Positions 45,658-55,523 of a DNA stretch of 64,000 bases are shown piece by piece. Made by a program: the position numbers and the translations under genes. The stretch spans positions 74,517 to 138,516 of the IMG/VR virus record IMGVR_UViG_3300043788_000114; one strand, written 5' to 3'. The notes beneath the pieces are model-generated. The model ran no database searches, was not told the origin of the DNA, and worked only from the letters and a program-made list of their open reading frames with translations. The stretch comes from a virus. The first letter of the stretch is position 1, and each line of letters opens with the position of its first letter.

Positions 45658-46082
45658 GCTCCCGCCTCCAAGTGAATCGGGCAATGATGCCGCCCGGTGA
45701 CTCCCGCGATGGTACGGCAGTATTCACAAGACGGTGATTCATCGACACGGTAAAAGCGAGAATAGAGCGGTGATCCACCTTGCCGGATAACGTCTCTGGC
45801 AAAGTCGGCTTGCTCGGAGTGTTTCATCCCGTCGATCCCCAGCGCCTTTGCGGTGTAGTCGCCAAGGCCAAACATATAGCGCGTTCTGCCATCCTCTTGT
45901 TTTCCAGCCGTCACAAAGAACGTGCTCCCATTCGTCGGGTCCATTGCCGCAAAAGCAAACGGGATTCGCTCCCTATCAAGGAACAGAATCCCGTTCGTCT
46001 TCACACGGTAGAATCCGGCGAAAGATTCTTGCTTCGCTTCGCCCTGATTCTTTGCGTATACCTTGCCTGCCAAGGTGAGCAT
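45654..46082 (-). CDS. Hypothetical protein with a C-terminal CxxC..CxxH finger
   Basis: TCAACCGGGAGG RBS; first gene after a promoter. Confidence 0.65.
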   Translation of the reverse strand: MLTLAGKVYAKNQGEAKQESFAGFYRVKTNGILFLDRERIPFAFAAMDPTNGSTFFVTAGKQEDGRTRYMFGLGDYTAKALGIDGMKHSEQADFARDVIRQGGSPLYSRFYRVDESPSCEYCRTIAGVTGRHHCPIHLEAGA

Positions 46083-46106
46083 TGGTTTTCCTCCCGGTTG
46101 ATTCAT

Positions 46107-46135
46107 ACTCTGCGCTTTTCACACTGTACTGTCAA
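46107..46135 (-). promoter_or_regulatory. Promoter TTGACA-N14-GCG-CAGAGT
   Basis: 17-nt spacer; includes the 15-mer TTGACAGTACAGTGT. Confidence 0.7.
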
Positions 46136-46165
46136 GTATAAAATCACAGTAAAGTGCGAAAAAGT

Positions 46166-46639
46166 TTATTTGGCTATCAGGGACAGGATTCGTATAGCCT
46201 CTCCTGCCTGTTCCTTGGTTAGCCCGTAATCGGCTTGGGTCCGTATCAGGTGAGGTGACAGCGTGGCGTCGTGGGTCGGCTCCGGGGCAAGGATGACAAA
46301 GGATTCCACCTTGCCGAGTCCGGCCTCATAACTCCCCGGCGAGTCTGCCAATCCAAACCACCTAATAATAGAATTGGCAACGGAGATAGACGGGGATGGA
46401 GTAACGTCGACAACTTTCGCGGTGACTTCCCACTCTTTGAATTGGGCAACTAACCATCCAAGGCCCATGGACCGGAGCCCATCCGTTACGACTAGGCTCG
46501 CATTGGTTTGGGCCGCTATCAGGTTCAACGCGTGGACACACGGCGCAAAGGCTACGTGTTGCTTCTGTAGCAGCCGCGCCGTGTTCCGCGATACGCGGTT
46601 GATGAGCACGCCTTCGATGTCAAGGAATATGACTTTCAC
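46166..46639 (-). CDS. HAD-superfamily protein (Swiss Army Knife RNA-repair-like), degenerate
   Basis: KVIFLDIEGVL...LN.I...T.A..V....DVTP...FVIL...GLT...A..AI.IL. Confidence 0.7.
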   Translation of the reverse strand: MKVIFLDIEGVLINRVSRNTARLLQKQHVAFAPCVHALNLIAAQTNASLVVTDGLRSMGLGWLVAQFKEWEVTAKVVDVTPSPSISVANSIIRWFGLADSPGSYEAGLGKVESFVILAPEPTHDATLSPHLIRTQADYGLTKEQAGEAIRILSLIAK

Positions 46640-46849
46640 GTTGGCTCGCTATCAGGCGCACGAAATTCTTTCCAGAATTCCCGTTCCATAAACGATTGAA
46701 CGGCGATAGGGTTCATACGGTCCAGCGTTTCCAATATAACCGCTGCGCGTTTCAGTTGAGGCGTGTATCCCGTTCGGAGCACGGCATCGCGCCATTCCTT
46801 CCAATGTGTGTTTTGTTCCACAGGTCACCTAACTATCATCGACTCGCTA

Positions 46850-47140
46850 TCAGGAGCGCTCTGCTATCTGCGCATCGATTGACCATTCCGCCGCTGCATC
46901 TGCATCCTGCGGACTCGAGGCCGGGAATTGCGCACGGTCGATCTGCCGGAGTTCTATGCGCTCCACGTCACATGCAAGATTCTCGTGGGCAACCGCCGCG
47001 TGCTCGTGCTCCGCAATCGTACTTTTCTTTGTGCGTCCGATCCGTGCGGATGCGCGCTCCTGCCATGCACGGTGACGGAGTTCCGTAACGATCTCCGCGC
47101 GGAATTCCTCTAACGTAATTGCAGCATAGGCCATTTTCAT
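46850..47140 (-). CDS. Hypothetical protein
   Basis: ACCGGGAGGT RBS. Confidence 0.6.
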   Translation of the reverse strand: MKMAYAAITLEEFRAEIVTELRHRAWQERASARIGRTKKSTIAEHEHAAVAHENLACDVERIELRQIDRAQFPASSPQDADAAAEWSIDAQIAERS

Positions 47141-47198
47141 AAGTCACCTCCCGGTGTGTGCTGTGAATCCGTCACGGCGCGGGTTGGTTGGTTCGCTA

Positions 47199-47657
47199 TC
47201 AATCGGCTGGGTGCGCAGCTTCGAGTTCCGCCACGTGTATCAGGTGCCGTGCGTATGCTTCGCGCACCTTATCCTGTGCGGGTGCCGGTAGACGTTGCAG
47301 CATGTTTACCGCGCCGTAGGTATAGCAGCCGGGGATTCCTGCGACCATATCCCGGCGCTCTTTCTCGCTAATCATGATCCACCATTGATGTATGGCGCGC
47401 TCCGCGTCTTGCATCGCTTTCATCTGCTCATAGGTGGGCTCCGGCTCCCTCTCCGGCTCCTCAAGCGACGCCTTGCACGCTGCGAGCGTGGGGAATGCTT
47501 CGCCAGCTTGTGCGACACGCATCGCCCCTTGCGGCCAGTATCGCCAATCTCCGGTATGGGAGCCTTGACGCCGAATCTTGCCGGTGTATTTTCCGTCTAC
47601 ACGCACAATCACATCTTCCCGTGATGCGCCCGGTATAACTTCATAAGTAATCGCCAT
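47199..47657 (-). CDS. Hypothetical protein
   Basis: GGGAGG RBS. Confidence 0.6.
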   Translation of the reverse strand: MAITYEVIPGASREDVIVRVDGKYTGKIRRQGSHTGDWRYWPQGAMRVAQAGEAFPTLAACKASLEEPEREPEPTYEQMKAMQDAERAIHQWWIMISEKERRDMVAGIPGCYTYGAVNMLQRLPAPAQDKVREAYARHLIHVAELEAAHPAD

Positions 47658-48200
47658 GTGTCAGCCCCTCCCATGGGCCGGTTGATTGTTTTGGTTCGCT
47701 ATCAGTTGGGCCGGTATCAGTCAGGCACTACGACCTGTCTACATGCGCTTGGAGTTCGTCAATCCTGCGCTGGGTTTCCGCTTGTTTCTCATCGGCCAAT
47801 TGTGCAATGCGGTACTGGGCAAAATCCCGCAGTGCCACAGTTGAGTTCCACACGTCAAGGTCGAGTTTGCGGCCAATCTCTGCGATAGCATCGAAGCACG
47901 CATTTCTCGATTCCGGTTGGTTCTGGACGTCAAGCGCCAGAACATATTGCTCAGACGCCACCTCCGCCTGTGTCTTCGTTTTTCTCGCCACGTTTCCCCC
48001 TTGCCGGTGTACGCTCCGGGAACGGTTTACCACTCGCGGTTTTTCCGCTCTTGACGGTTAGGCAATACAAAGCAAGCGATGATTGCCAAACCCGCTAGAC
48101 TCCCCCAGAAAATGACCCATAGGGTTGCATATAGGTCTGTAAGGTTCATAACTCCCCGTTTCCCGCGCCTTAGAATGCCTCTAGGCCGCGCTGCAAGATG

Positions 48201-48226
48201 CCGGGGGATGCCGTAGCATCCCCCGG
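48201..48226. terminator. Perfect GC-rich hairpin after the vWA gene
   Basis: CCGGGGGATGC-CGTA-GCATCCCCCGG. No clear U-tract. Confidence 0.5.
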
Positions 48227-48232
48227 TTTGAA

Positions 48233-49390
48233 TCATCGATCTACAAAAACCGTCTCCCCAAAGGGAGCCGTCTTTCCTTCAGTAGTGGACAGCCACAGCG
48301 TAGGAATCGCCGGGGGATGCGGCGGGAAGGTTGCATATAGGTCCGTAATGCAAACCACGCATACCGGCTCATACTCGCCCCGTTCCACACGTTCAAAGAA
48401 CGTTGTAAAATCCGTGCCCCCTCCCCCTTTTGGTTCCCACGTCAACGGCTCCCCGCGCTCAAGTCGCCGCTCGCCGCATACTTTCGCGTCGACAAAGTAG
48501 AGAGTGACCCCAGTCGGGTTGCATTCATCCAAAACTTGCTCAAGAATGCCGCGCGCGTAGCCTAAGCTAGTTTCGTCAACGGAGCCGGACGTATCGACCA
48601 TAACGGCAACCTCCCCCAGCGCTTTAGACTCCAACGCGGGAAGATACAGGCCTTGACTGAGGTACCGTGTGTTAGGACGGCTCCAAGAATAATCGCCCGT
48701 TGACCGCTCGGAGAAAAACCGTAAGAGTAGGGAGCGAACGTCAACGCGCGGGCGCAAAGACTGTTGCACCAATCGATCCAACCCAGCCGGTAACATGCCC
48801 TGTAACTTTGCCTGTTGGGATGCGCTTGCGGCCCGTTGCTTCCATTCCTGTTCCGTTGGTTCCGGGGTTCCGTCCGCATCCGTGCCCGTGGGAGCGTCCC
48901 GGACTTCCCCTAACGGGTCCGGCTTGCTCTGTCCCTCCCCGTCCCCTTGCCCGTCTCCCGGTCCGGCTCCTCCGGGGTTATCGCCGTCCGAGTCATCCCC
49001 CAGCCGCGCCGCAATCCACTCTGCGGACTTGCCCACCTCATCACCCTCCGCAACGTGCGCATCCGGGGGAAGAGTAAACCCGGCTCCCTGTAACTCAGTG
49101 TTGATAGCTTTGTCGCAAGCCACGTTCCAACGCTTCATTGACCTAGCTTCGCGCCGCCACGGGTGCCCTAGTGCGCAATGCATGACTTCATGCGCGATTA
49201 GCGCGGTCCGTTGCTCATGCGTCAAGGATTCAATGAACGCGGGCTCATAGCCCAGTGTGCGCCCGTCCACCCATGCCGTACCGGATCCGGGGTCCGGCTC
49301 CATCTTGAGGGACAGAGCCAGACTCCCGAAAAACGGTTGCTCGATCACAAGAGACGTGCGCGCCGCCGTCATCTTACTTTGTGCGCTCAT
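48233..49390 (-). CDS. DUF2201-type metallopeptidase plus vWA domain protein
   Basis: PFFGSL, HEVMH..LGH..R, WNVACD.AIN, VDTSGS, GGGGTDF, ITDLY. Confidence 0.9.
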   Translation of the reverse strand: MSAQSKMTAARTSLVIEQPFFGSLALSLKMEPDPGSGTAWVDGRTLGYEPAFIESLTHEQRTALIAHEVMHCALGHPWRREARSMKRWNVACDKAINTELQGAGFTLPPDAHVAEGDEVGKSAEWIAARLGDDSDGDNPGGAGPGDGQGDGEGQSKPDPLGEVRDAPTGTDADGTPEPTEQEWKQRAASASQQAKLQGMLPAGLDRLVQQSLRPRVDVRSLLLRFFSERSTGDYSWSRPNTRYLSQGLYLPALESKALGEVAVMVDTSGSVDETSLGYARGILEQVLDECNPTGVTLYFVDAKVCGERRLERGEPLTWEPKGGGGTDFTTFFERVERGEYEPVCVVCITDLYATFPPHPPAIPTLWLSTTEGKTAPFGETVFVDR

Positions 49391-50364
49391 CCTACCAGTA
49401 CCCCCTTGCCGTAGGTTGCGACCATGGCGTCAAGGATGGATTGCGCGCGGTCCGCCGTTTGCTCCCGGACGTGTGAGAGTTCCCGCAAGGTATCGGGCGC
49501 AACGGTTGCGAGTTTCGCCGCTTGCTCCCGGAAGTCTTCTAACCGGGGGTCATCGGCCACGTTTAACCGCGTCAACACGTCGCAAACTTCGCGCGCGTTA
49601 TCGATCAAGGAATCACGGAAAGTCGCATCCGTCTTGCCCGCGCCGTCACATAGCCAACATGGGACCGTCGCGCCTTTGTTGACCATGTTCCGCGTTTCCG
49701 TTGCTTGCCCGGTCCCGTTGCAGTTGGAGCAAACGTTCTGAGTTGTGAGCCGTTCCCTGATACGGGAGAGAACTTCAAAGAGACGGTTAACCGCGTCAAG
49801 CTGGGCGGACTCGAAAGCGGCCTTGACTCTCTCTTCACTCCGGGCCGCTATGATGCCTATCTCTTCATCCGTCAAAGTGACGCGAAAGTCAGAGGCAACG
49901 GGCACGGGCGCATAAGCAATTTCAATCGTGTACTTGCCCTCTAAATCGCTTGGGTAGTCATCCTCCCGAAACATGCCGTTTAACCGTTGCTTCGCGGTTT
50001 CTTTGAGCGCCGGATAGTCGGCAAGGAATTCCGCCCGGAGACGGTTAAACGTGTGTTGACCGGCCCGGAGTAAGTCCGTATAGGCCTGATAGTTCTTGAC
50101 GGGGAGCAGTCTCCATCCCTCATCGGACCATGGCAGGGTTTGACCGTAATGCGTGAGCCTCAAAGCGCTGATGTGCGAGTGCAGCGCTTTGTAGGTTGCG
50201 GCATCGGACGGCATCAGGTGTTTGGTGTACCGGCCCGCATCGGACGTTGCACCATGGGTGCGGTTAGTCTCTTCTGTGATCTTGCGGTCATACTTGCGAG
50301 CGCTCCAAGCGTTCATTGTTAGCTTGGCGAGTAACCCGCGCGTACTCAAGTCTTGAGAGTTCAT
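49387..50364 (-). CDS. DUF3150-like protein with an inserted Zn finger
   Basis: WSARKYD, TLPWSDEGWRLLP, CSNCNGTG...CWLCDGAG, FRDSLIDN; located between the AAA and vWA genes. Confidence 0.7.
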   Translation of the reverse strand: MNSQDLSTRGLLAKLTMNAWSARKYDRKITEETNRTHGATSDAGRYTKHLMPSDAATYKALHSHISALRLTHYGQTLPWSDEGWRLLPVKNYQAYTDLLRAGQHTFNRLRAEFLADYPALKETAKQRLNGMFREDDYPSDLEGKYTIEIAYAPVPVASDFRVTLTDEEIGIIAARSEERVKAAFESAQLDAVNRLFEVLSRIRERLTTQNVCSNCNGTGQATETRNMVNKGATVPCWLCDGAGKTDATFRDSLIDNAREVCDVLTRLNVADDPRLEDFREQAAKLATVAPDTLRELSHVREQTADRAQSILDAMVATYGKGVLVG

Positions 50365-50421
50365 TTTCGTATTCCCCTTTCAAGAGAATGCCCGGTTACG
50401 GTCCGGGAACGGCGAAAGGAA

Positions 50422-51468
50422 TTAGTCGACGCTTCCCGATATGAGTTGACCCAACGGGCCGCAATTGAGCCGGATATAAGCGTCCGTGTGTTGAATGCGC
50501 CCGTCTTTATCGCGGCGGATGGTATCGCGGACCATTAGGACGGCAAACTCGCCTTTATCGGCTTCAGTAAACATGCGGCCCGCGTAGGTTGCAATCCGGC
50601 TGAAATTCTGGTCATTCGCCTTTGCCGCGAGTCCCACGCAAGTTGCATAAAGTTGGCTGGGATCGTTGGGGATTTTCGCGTTAGCAGGGTCCATCAGAAT
50701 CGCGTCAAGGTTGACCATGGAATTTATCATGGAACGGAAAGAGGTGTATTCCGTTGCGGCCCCGGCTCCAACGGCTCCGGAAAATGCCTCAAGTTCCAAT
50801 GCCGGGGAGAGTCCCAACGTTTCAAGCCGGAACAGATTCGACCATGTACGCGGGCTAGGGGAGTTGGTTAGGTCCGCCGTGGCTTCAAAGGCTGAGAGCA
50901 ACCCTTCCCGCCATCTAAGAAAGGCGAGACCATGGGCGGGAATGAAAGGCTGATTCATGGCCCAGTTGCACCAGTCGTTTATGGTGGGTTCCAATTCGAC
51001 AATGGTCCCAAACCGTGACTTGACCGGCTCCAATATGCCGGATACTCCGGCCCGGTCCGTCCGCCGGTTGGTTGCGGCCACAAAGGTTACATGGTCCGGC
51101 AGAGCGTGCCCGTTGACACGGCGCGCAAGGATCAACTGCATAAAGGATGCTTGCACGGCGGGAGTGGCTTGCCCCAAGTCATCAAGCAACCAAACGGTAG
51201 GAACGGTGGAATTGATAGCGCGGGCAAGTTCCCCGAACGGTAGGAAAGTGGCCTCATTCCCGCCCGGTTTGGGCCATGGCAACCCTTTGGCGTCCGTTGG
51301 GTCCGCCACGGCGGGATGGCTGATAATCAAGTCGCAATGCGCCGCCGTTGCCGCTTGCCCGATAATGTCGGACTTCCCGACACCGGGCGCGCCGGTAATC
51401 AAGAGCGGTTGACGCGCTGCAATCATCTTGGCGAGTAATTCTGCGAGTTGTTTCGGTGTGACGCTCAT
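50422..51468 (-). CDS. MoxR-like AAA+ ATPase
   Basis: GAPGVGKS, LLDDL, AATNR..D, SRF, PSPRTW. Confidence 0.9.
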   Translation of the reverse strand: MSVTPKQLAELLAKMIAARQPLLITGAPGVGKSDIIGQAATAAHCDLIISHPAVADPTDAKGLPWPKPGGNEATFLPFGELARAINSTVPTVWLLDDLGQATPAVQASFMQLILARRVNGHALPDHVTFVAATNRRTDRAGVSGILEPVKSRFGTIVELEPTINDWCNWAMNQPFIPAHGLAFLRWREGLLSAFEATADLTNSPSPRTWSNLFRLETLGLSPALELEAFSGAVGAGAATEYTSFRSMINSMVNLDAILMDPANAKIPNDPSQLYATCVGLAAKANDQNFSRIATYAGRMFTEADKGEFAVLMVRDTIRRDKDGRIQHTDAYIRLNCGPLGQLISGSVD

Positions 51469-52029
51469 TCTGGTATTCCCTCCGGGTTGGATTGATTCAA
51501 CACACTAATAACGCTATAGGAGAACATAACTAACACTGTACTGTCAAGTAGTATGGAATAACTTTAGTGGGAATGTGCGCGCAATGCGGCGCGCGCGGTC
51601 ATCTATATATGAGTGGGGGACACGTGGAACCATGGCGGGAAGGATGAGACACCAAGCCGGTAGACTCCGGGGGTATCCCCCGGATGCCGGGGGAGCCCGG
51701 ACGCGCGGCCCGCTCGCACCTCCCCGGCTCCGGCTCCCGGACCGGCCCGGATGCCTCAAAAAGTCGATACCCCGATTTTGTCTGTAATCGACAGTTGAGT
51801 GTCGAAAGGTACTGACCCCCGATAATCCGGACCCGTGAGCAGGAAGGGGCATTACAGCGCGATTGACGGCCTGTGCATAAACCTGTGGAAAAGTGCCGTT
51901 TTTGGCTTGGAAGTTTATTAGAATCTATGAGTCAACACATTAGCCAATAAAGACGCGGTGATTTGTAAATCCCCTTTATTCATGCGCCTTTCAGCGATGG
52001 GGTACAAAGGTAATACCCCCTCCCGGTTC

Positions 52030-52404
52030 TCACAGTCTAATGTTAGATAGGTACCGGATAGCAGCGCGCAAGGTGGCAAGGTTGTCACCCGCGAAGCCTA
52101 GCATCGTATTGCAGGATGGGCAGAGCATCCCCCGGAGTTTACCTGTAGCGTGGCAGTGATCCAGTACAAGGCCGCCCGTGCATTCGTCGCCATGCTTGCC
52201 ACATATCGCGCATCGATTCTCTTGTGCGAGGAGAAACGCGCGCCGTTCCCTTGCGCACTTGGGAATCGCTTTCCGACACTCCCAACACAACCCCTTGCGC
52301 CGTCCCTTATCGTTTGGGTGATACAGGTACGGCAGGAAACACCGTCGACACTTCGCTTCGATTAGGTTCCATTCAAGATACGTTTCAGCGTGCGCCATAG
52401 GCAT
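52030..52404 (-). CDS. Endonuclease VII-family HNH protein
   Basis: Q.NRCAICG...LDHCHATGKLRGMLCPSCN..LG. Confidence 0.85.
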   Translation of the reverse strand: MPMAHAETYLEWNLIEAKCRRCFLPYLYHPNDKGRRKGLCWECRKAIPKCARERRAFLLAQENRCAICGKHGDECTGGLVLDHCHATGKLRGMLCPSCNTMLGFAGDNLATLRAAIRYLSNIRL

Positions 52405-53152
52405 AAAGGTTAGCACGCGTTCCCATGGGCGGGAGGATGAGACACGCTCTCACAGTAGAACGGGGGCTCCCCGGTCTCCGGGGATTCCCGGACCGGCTCC
52501 CGCCAAAGTCATCGGGCAAAGGGTCACCCTACGGCGGGAGGATAGAACAGGTGTCACGTAGTGTCGGGATAGGACGGGGGTACCCCGTCACCGCTCACCG
52601 TCCCCCGGCCCGCGTACCGCTTCGGTCCCTTGCGCCCAGCGTCCCCGCTACGCGCCATCCGCGCACGCCTGCAAGCCGTCTCCTGACTACCTGCCCACCC
52701 GTTGACGTTCCCGCACAGATAGACAGACAAGCAAACGGGCAAGCAAAAACCCCTTTTGCGGTCCGGGGCGAAACGTCAAGCGCTATCAGGGAAAACGGGC
52801 GCAGAGTATCGGCGCGCGGGGCTCCGGGTTGTCATGCGCGCATTGCACGCTTGGGGATGGGTCAAACCGGCTGAAAATAGGGACTTGGGGATGGTAAACG
52901 CTATTCCTGTAGGATTGGAGACACTTTGACGGCTGGGGGCGGGGGATTGTCCCGGATCGTTGGAACCGGGCCGGTACGAGGTGCGCGAGTTGTCCGGGCT
53001 AAGGCCATGCGCCGAACCCTTCGACGCGTTTGAGCCCTTTCAAATGTGGTGGTGTAAAAAACAGAAGCGCAGAGTTTCACAACAAAAAATAGCTAAGAAA
53101 AAAATTGCGCGGAGATACGGCGCAGAATTTAAGGCGCAGAGTTTCGCGAAGA

Positions 53153-53677
53153 TTATTCCATACTAAATAACGATAGCTGGTTGATTTTATTAGATTTATC
53201 GCGATGTTTTTTCATGGACATAAGGGCGACGATACGGGCACGCTCTTGGGGATTACTGCCGTTTGATTTCCAAGTATTTGCGGCCATAGAGATGACCCAG
53301 ACGTTTCCTGAGACGTAGCCGAGTTCGGGAACTTTACGGTCAACGCTGGCCCAGCAACGCATATCACGGCCCTTGTTGTAATCAAGCTTGATATGAGGGA
53401 AGATCGGGCAGAAAACCGGAAGCGCCCCTGTTGCCACGTTGTAAAGATCGGAAGGCTTGAAATTGCGCGGGATATGTTTCTCGCGGGCACGTTTGTAGCA
53501 TCTGCGAGTGGCCTTAGCTTCCCAAGAACTTCCGCAGATTTTCTCATGGTTACGCTTTCGTTTGTTGTCTTTGGCACGATTCGCGGCACGCCATTTACGC
53601 TCTTTTTCGCGAATCTGTTCGAGGTGATTGCGACGGTAACGATTCCATCTATCGCGTTGCTTTTGAATATCTTTCAT
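53153..53677 (-). CDS. His-Me finger/HNH-like nuclease
   Basis: CPIF...SVDRKVPELGYV.GNVWVIS..AN..K. Confidence 0.7.
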   Translation of the reverse strand: MKDIQKQRDRWNRYRRNHLEQIREKERKWRAANRAKDNKRKRNHEKICGSSWEAKATRRCYKRAREKHIPRNFKPSDLYNVATGALPVFCPIFPHIKLDYNKGRDMRCWASVDRKVPELGYVSGNVWVISMAANTWKSNGSNPQERARIVALMSMKKHRDKSNKINQLSLFSME

Positions 53678-53762
53678 GATAAACTCCCGGACAACTCTAC
53701 CACAAAATAGAAGCCCGTAGCGAGAGGCGCAGTTTTTCACAATGGAAAGCGCAGAATTTAGC

Positions 53763-53791
53763 TTGACAAAGGGATGGGGATGGAGTAGAAA
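53763..53791 (+). promoter_or_regulatory. Rightward promoter
   Basis: TTGACA-17-TAGAAA. Confidence 0.55.
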
Positions 53792-53801
53792 AATGTTCGA
53801 T

Positions 53802-55523
53802 ATGGTACAAAAAGTGACGAAGAAGCGACATTTGGCGAGGCCGGAGAGGCCGGTGAACATCAATTTGCGGAAAGTGCCGAGGGAAATGAGGGCGCGATTG
53901 AAGCAGATAGCCAGCGAGTATGGAACAACGTTGGAGAATCTGTGTGTGGAAACGTTGAGGTATGTGGCAGATACGGGGAGACCGGTTCGCGCGGCAGGGC
54001 GGTCATTGAGTGGTGGAAAGGTAGAGGATCATGAGAAAACAGGCAACATACAGGGAATGGATGACCAAGGCGGAGTTCAAGCGGCTCACAGTGAAGGGCA
54101 AAGCGGCGGAGGTGAACTTGTTCGCGTTAGTGGACGAGACAATCCGCGTGGCGTGGAACCGGGCGATCAGGGCCGCATCCGAAACAGCAATGAAAATCGG
54201 TCCGAATGGAATGGGCCAGAAGTTGTCCATATCCCAGCAGGAGCGGGTCCGTCTGGCGATTTTGAAATTGCTAAGGCCGGTGCCGAAGAAATCCAAATCG
54301 CGCCGGACTTAGCCGCGCATCTAGCGGCGGGGCACCATAAACGGCACCACGGGAGGGGCGATGGGCAGGATGGCAAGACGCCGGATCGAGATCATGGCGG
54401 CGAATCGGGCATTGCGACGGGCGTCCAAGGTTCTGTGTCATCGCGGGTGGCCGATGGCGGCGATCCTGATCGACACGATACTCAAACCGGTGCCCAAGCG
54501 CCGGGGAAAGGAATAGGCGATGGGGTTCAAAGTGTTCGACAGGGCGGAGGCGAAGGAGATGGAGATGGAGCGCAAGGCGTACAACCGGGGCGTGCGGGCG
54601 GCGGCGAGGGTGGCACGGAAGACCACAATGCCGTACTCCTCGCCAAGCGGGCAGGCAATCCGGGCGCAAGCGGAGATTCTCAAGCTGGTGAAGCCGGTTC
54701 CGAAACGGTGAGCGCCGCCGAGTACGCCGGGATGATGGAGCAGGTGGCGCTGACCATCGACAGCGAACTTCGAAAGGATGCTGGATTACCGCCAGCAGAG
54801 TCGCGGTCCGTCCTGCGCCGGGTTGCCGCGCAAAAGGGCGAGCCAGTACCCGATTTCTCTCACGGTGAGCGAATCGATGATGCGCCGTATGGCCTGTCCG
54901 GCGAGCCCCAGAATATGGAGCCGTTCCGGCCCGCTCCGAGCGCCACATCAGGCGTTCCGTGGATCGGCGGCAACCGTAACCTCGATCCCAACAACCCGGA
55001 GGACGTGGCCGCGTGGAAAGAGCGCGACCAGCAGGCGGCGGCGATGCTGGAACCTTCCCACCTAGCCACGAATGTGGTCTACGCTCCCCCGGAGGCCAAC
55101 TTCCCAGTCAAAGGGTTCACGGAGGAGCCGCCGAAAGTTGATCCCGCCGCATTCGAGTTTCTCGACGAAACGCGCAAGGCGGCTGATATGGCTTGCGGCG
55201 CGGACCCGGCTGTGCTGGCTAAAGCAAACAGCGATCCTCACGCCAAATCCATCGCCGGTCACTCCCACGTCCTCTCCTCCGCCGATCCCAAACCACGGAT
55301 CGCGGACACGAGCATGGAAATGCCGAAACCAAAAATGATTGACTCGCCAAAGACGGCTGTGGCGGCTGCGCATGAGGCGTTGGCGAAGAAGAAACCAGCG
55401 GAGATCGTTCGCGATATGCAAAAGAAACGCGCACGTAAATGTAAGTTCTGCGAGAAACCTCTGGAGCGGTGGTCGGCCACGATGATGCGCTGCACCGGGT
55501 GTGGAAGAAACGAGGCCGTATGA
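53802..55523 (+). CDS. Long ORF: N-terminal RHH-like domain, low-complexity middle, C-terminal Zn ribbon
   Basis: VNINLRKVPREMRARLKQIASEYGTTL; CKFC...CTGC. A second start is possible at GTG 54708. Confidence 0.6.
   Translation: MVQKVTKKRHLARPERPVNINLRKVPREMRARLKQIASEYGTTLENLCVETLRYVADTGRPVRAAGRSLSGGKVEDHEKTGNIQGMDDQGGVQAAHSEGQSGGGELVRVSGRDNPRGVEPGDQGRIRNSNENRSEWNGPEVVHIPAGAGPSGDFEIAKAGAEEIQIAPDLAAHLAAGHHKRHHGRGDGQDGKTPDRDHGGESGIATGVQGSVSSRVADGGDPDRHDTQTGAQAPGKGIGDGVQSVRQGGGEGDGDGAQGVQPGRAGGGEGGTEDHNAVLLAKRAGNPGASGDSQAGEAGSETVSAAEYAGMMEQVALTIDSELRKDAGLPPAESRSVLRRVAAQKGEPVPDFSHGERIDDAPYGLSGEPQNMEPFRPAPSATSGVPWIGGNRNLDPNNPEDVAAWKERDQQAAAMLEPSHLATNVVYAPPEANFPVKGFTEEPPKVDPAAFEFLDETRKAADMACGADPAVLAKANSDPHAKSIAGHSHVLSSADPKPRIADTSMEMPKPKMIDSPKTAVAAAHEALAKKKPAEIVRDMQKKRARKCKFCEKPLERWSATMMRCTGCGRNEAV
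54031..54312 (+). CDS. Nested small basic protein, paralog A
   Basis: GAGGA RBS; AWNRAIRAAS...ILKLLRPVPKK. Confidence 0.65.
   Translation: MRKQATYREWMTKAEFKRLTVKGKAAEVNLFALVDETIRVAWNRAIRAASETAMKIGPNGMGQKLSISQQERVRLAILKLLRPVPKKSKSRRT
54361..54516 (+). CDS. Nested small basic protein, paralog B (51 aa)
   Basis: GGGAGG RBS; AANRALRRAS...IDTILKPVPKR. Confidence 0.6.
   Translation: MGRMARRRIEIMAANRALRRASKVLCHRGWPMAAILIDTILKPVPKRRGKE
54520..54711 (+). CDS. Nested small basic protein, paralog C
   Basis: AAGGA RBS; AYNRGVRAAA...ILKLVKPVPKR. Confidence 0.65.
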   Translation: MGFKVFDRAEAKEMEMERKAYNRGVRAAARVARKTTMPYSSPSGQAIRAQAEILKLVKPVPKR

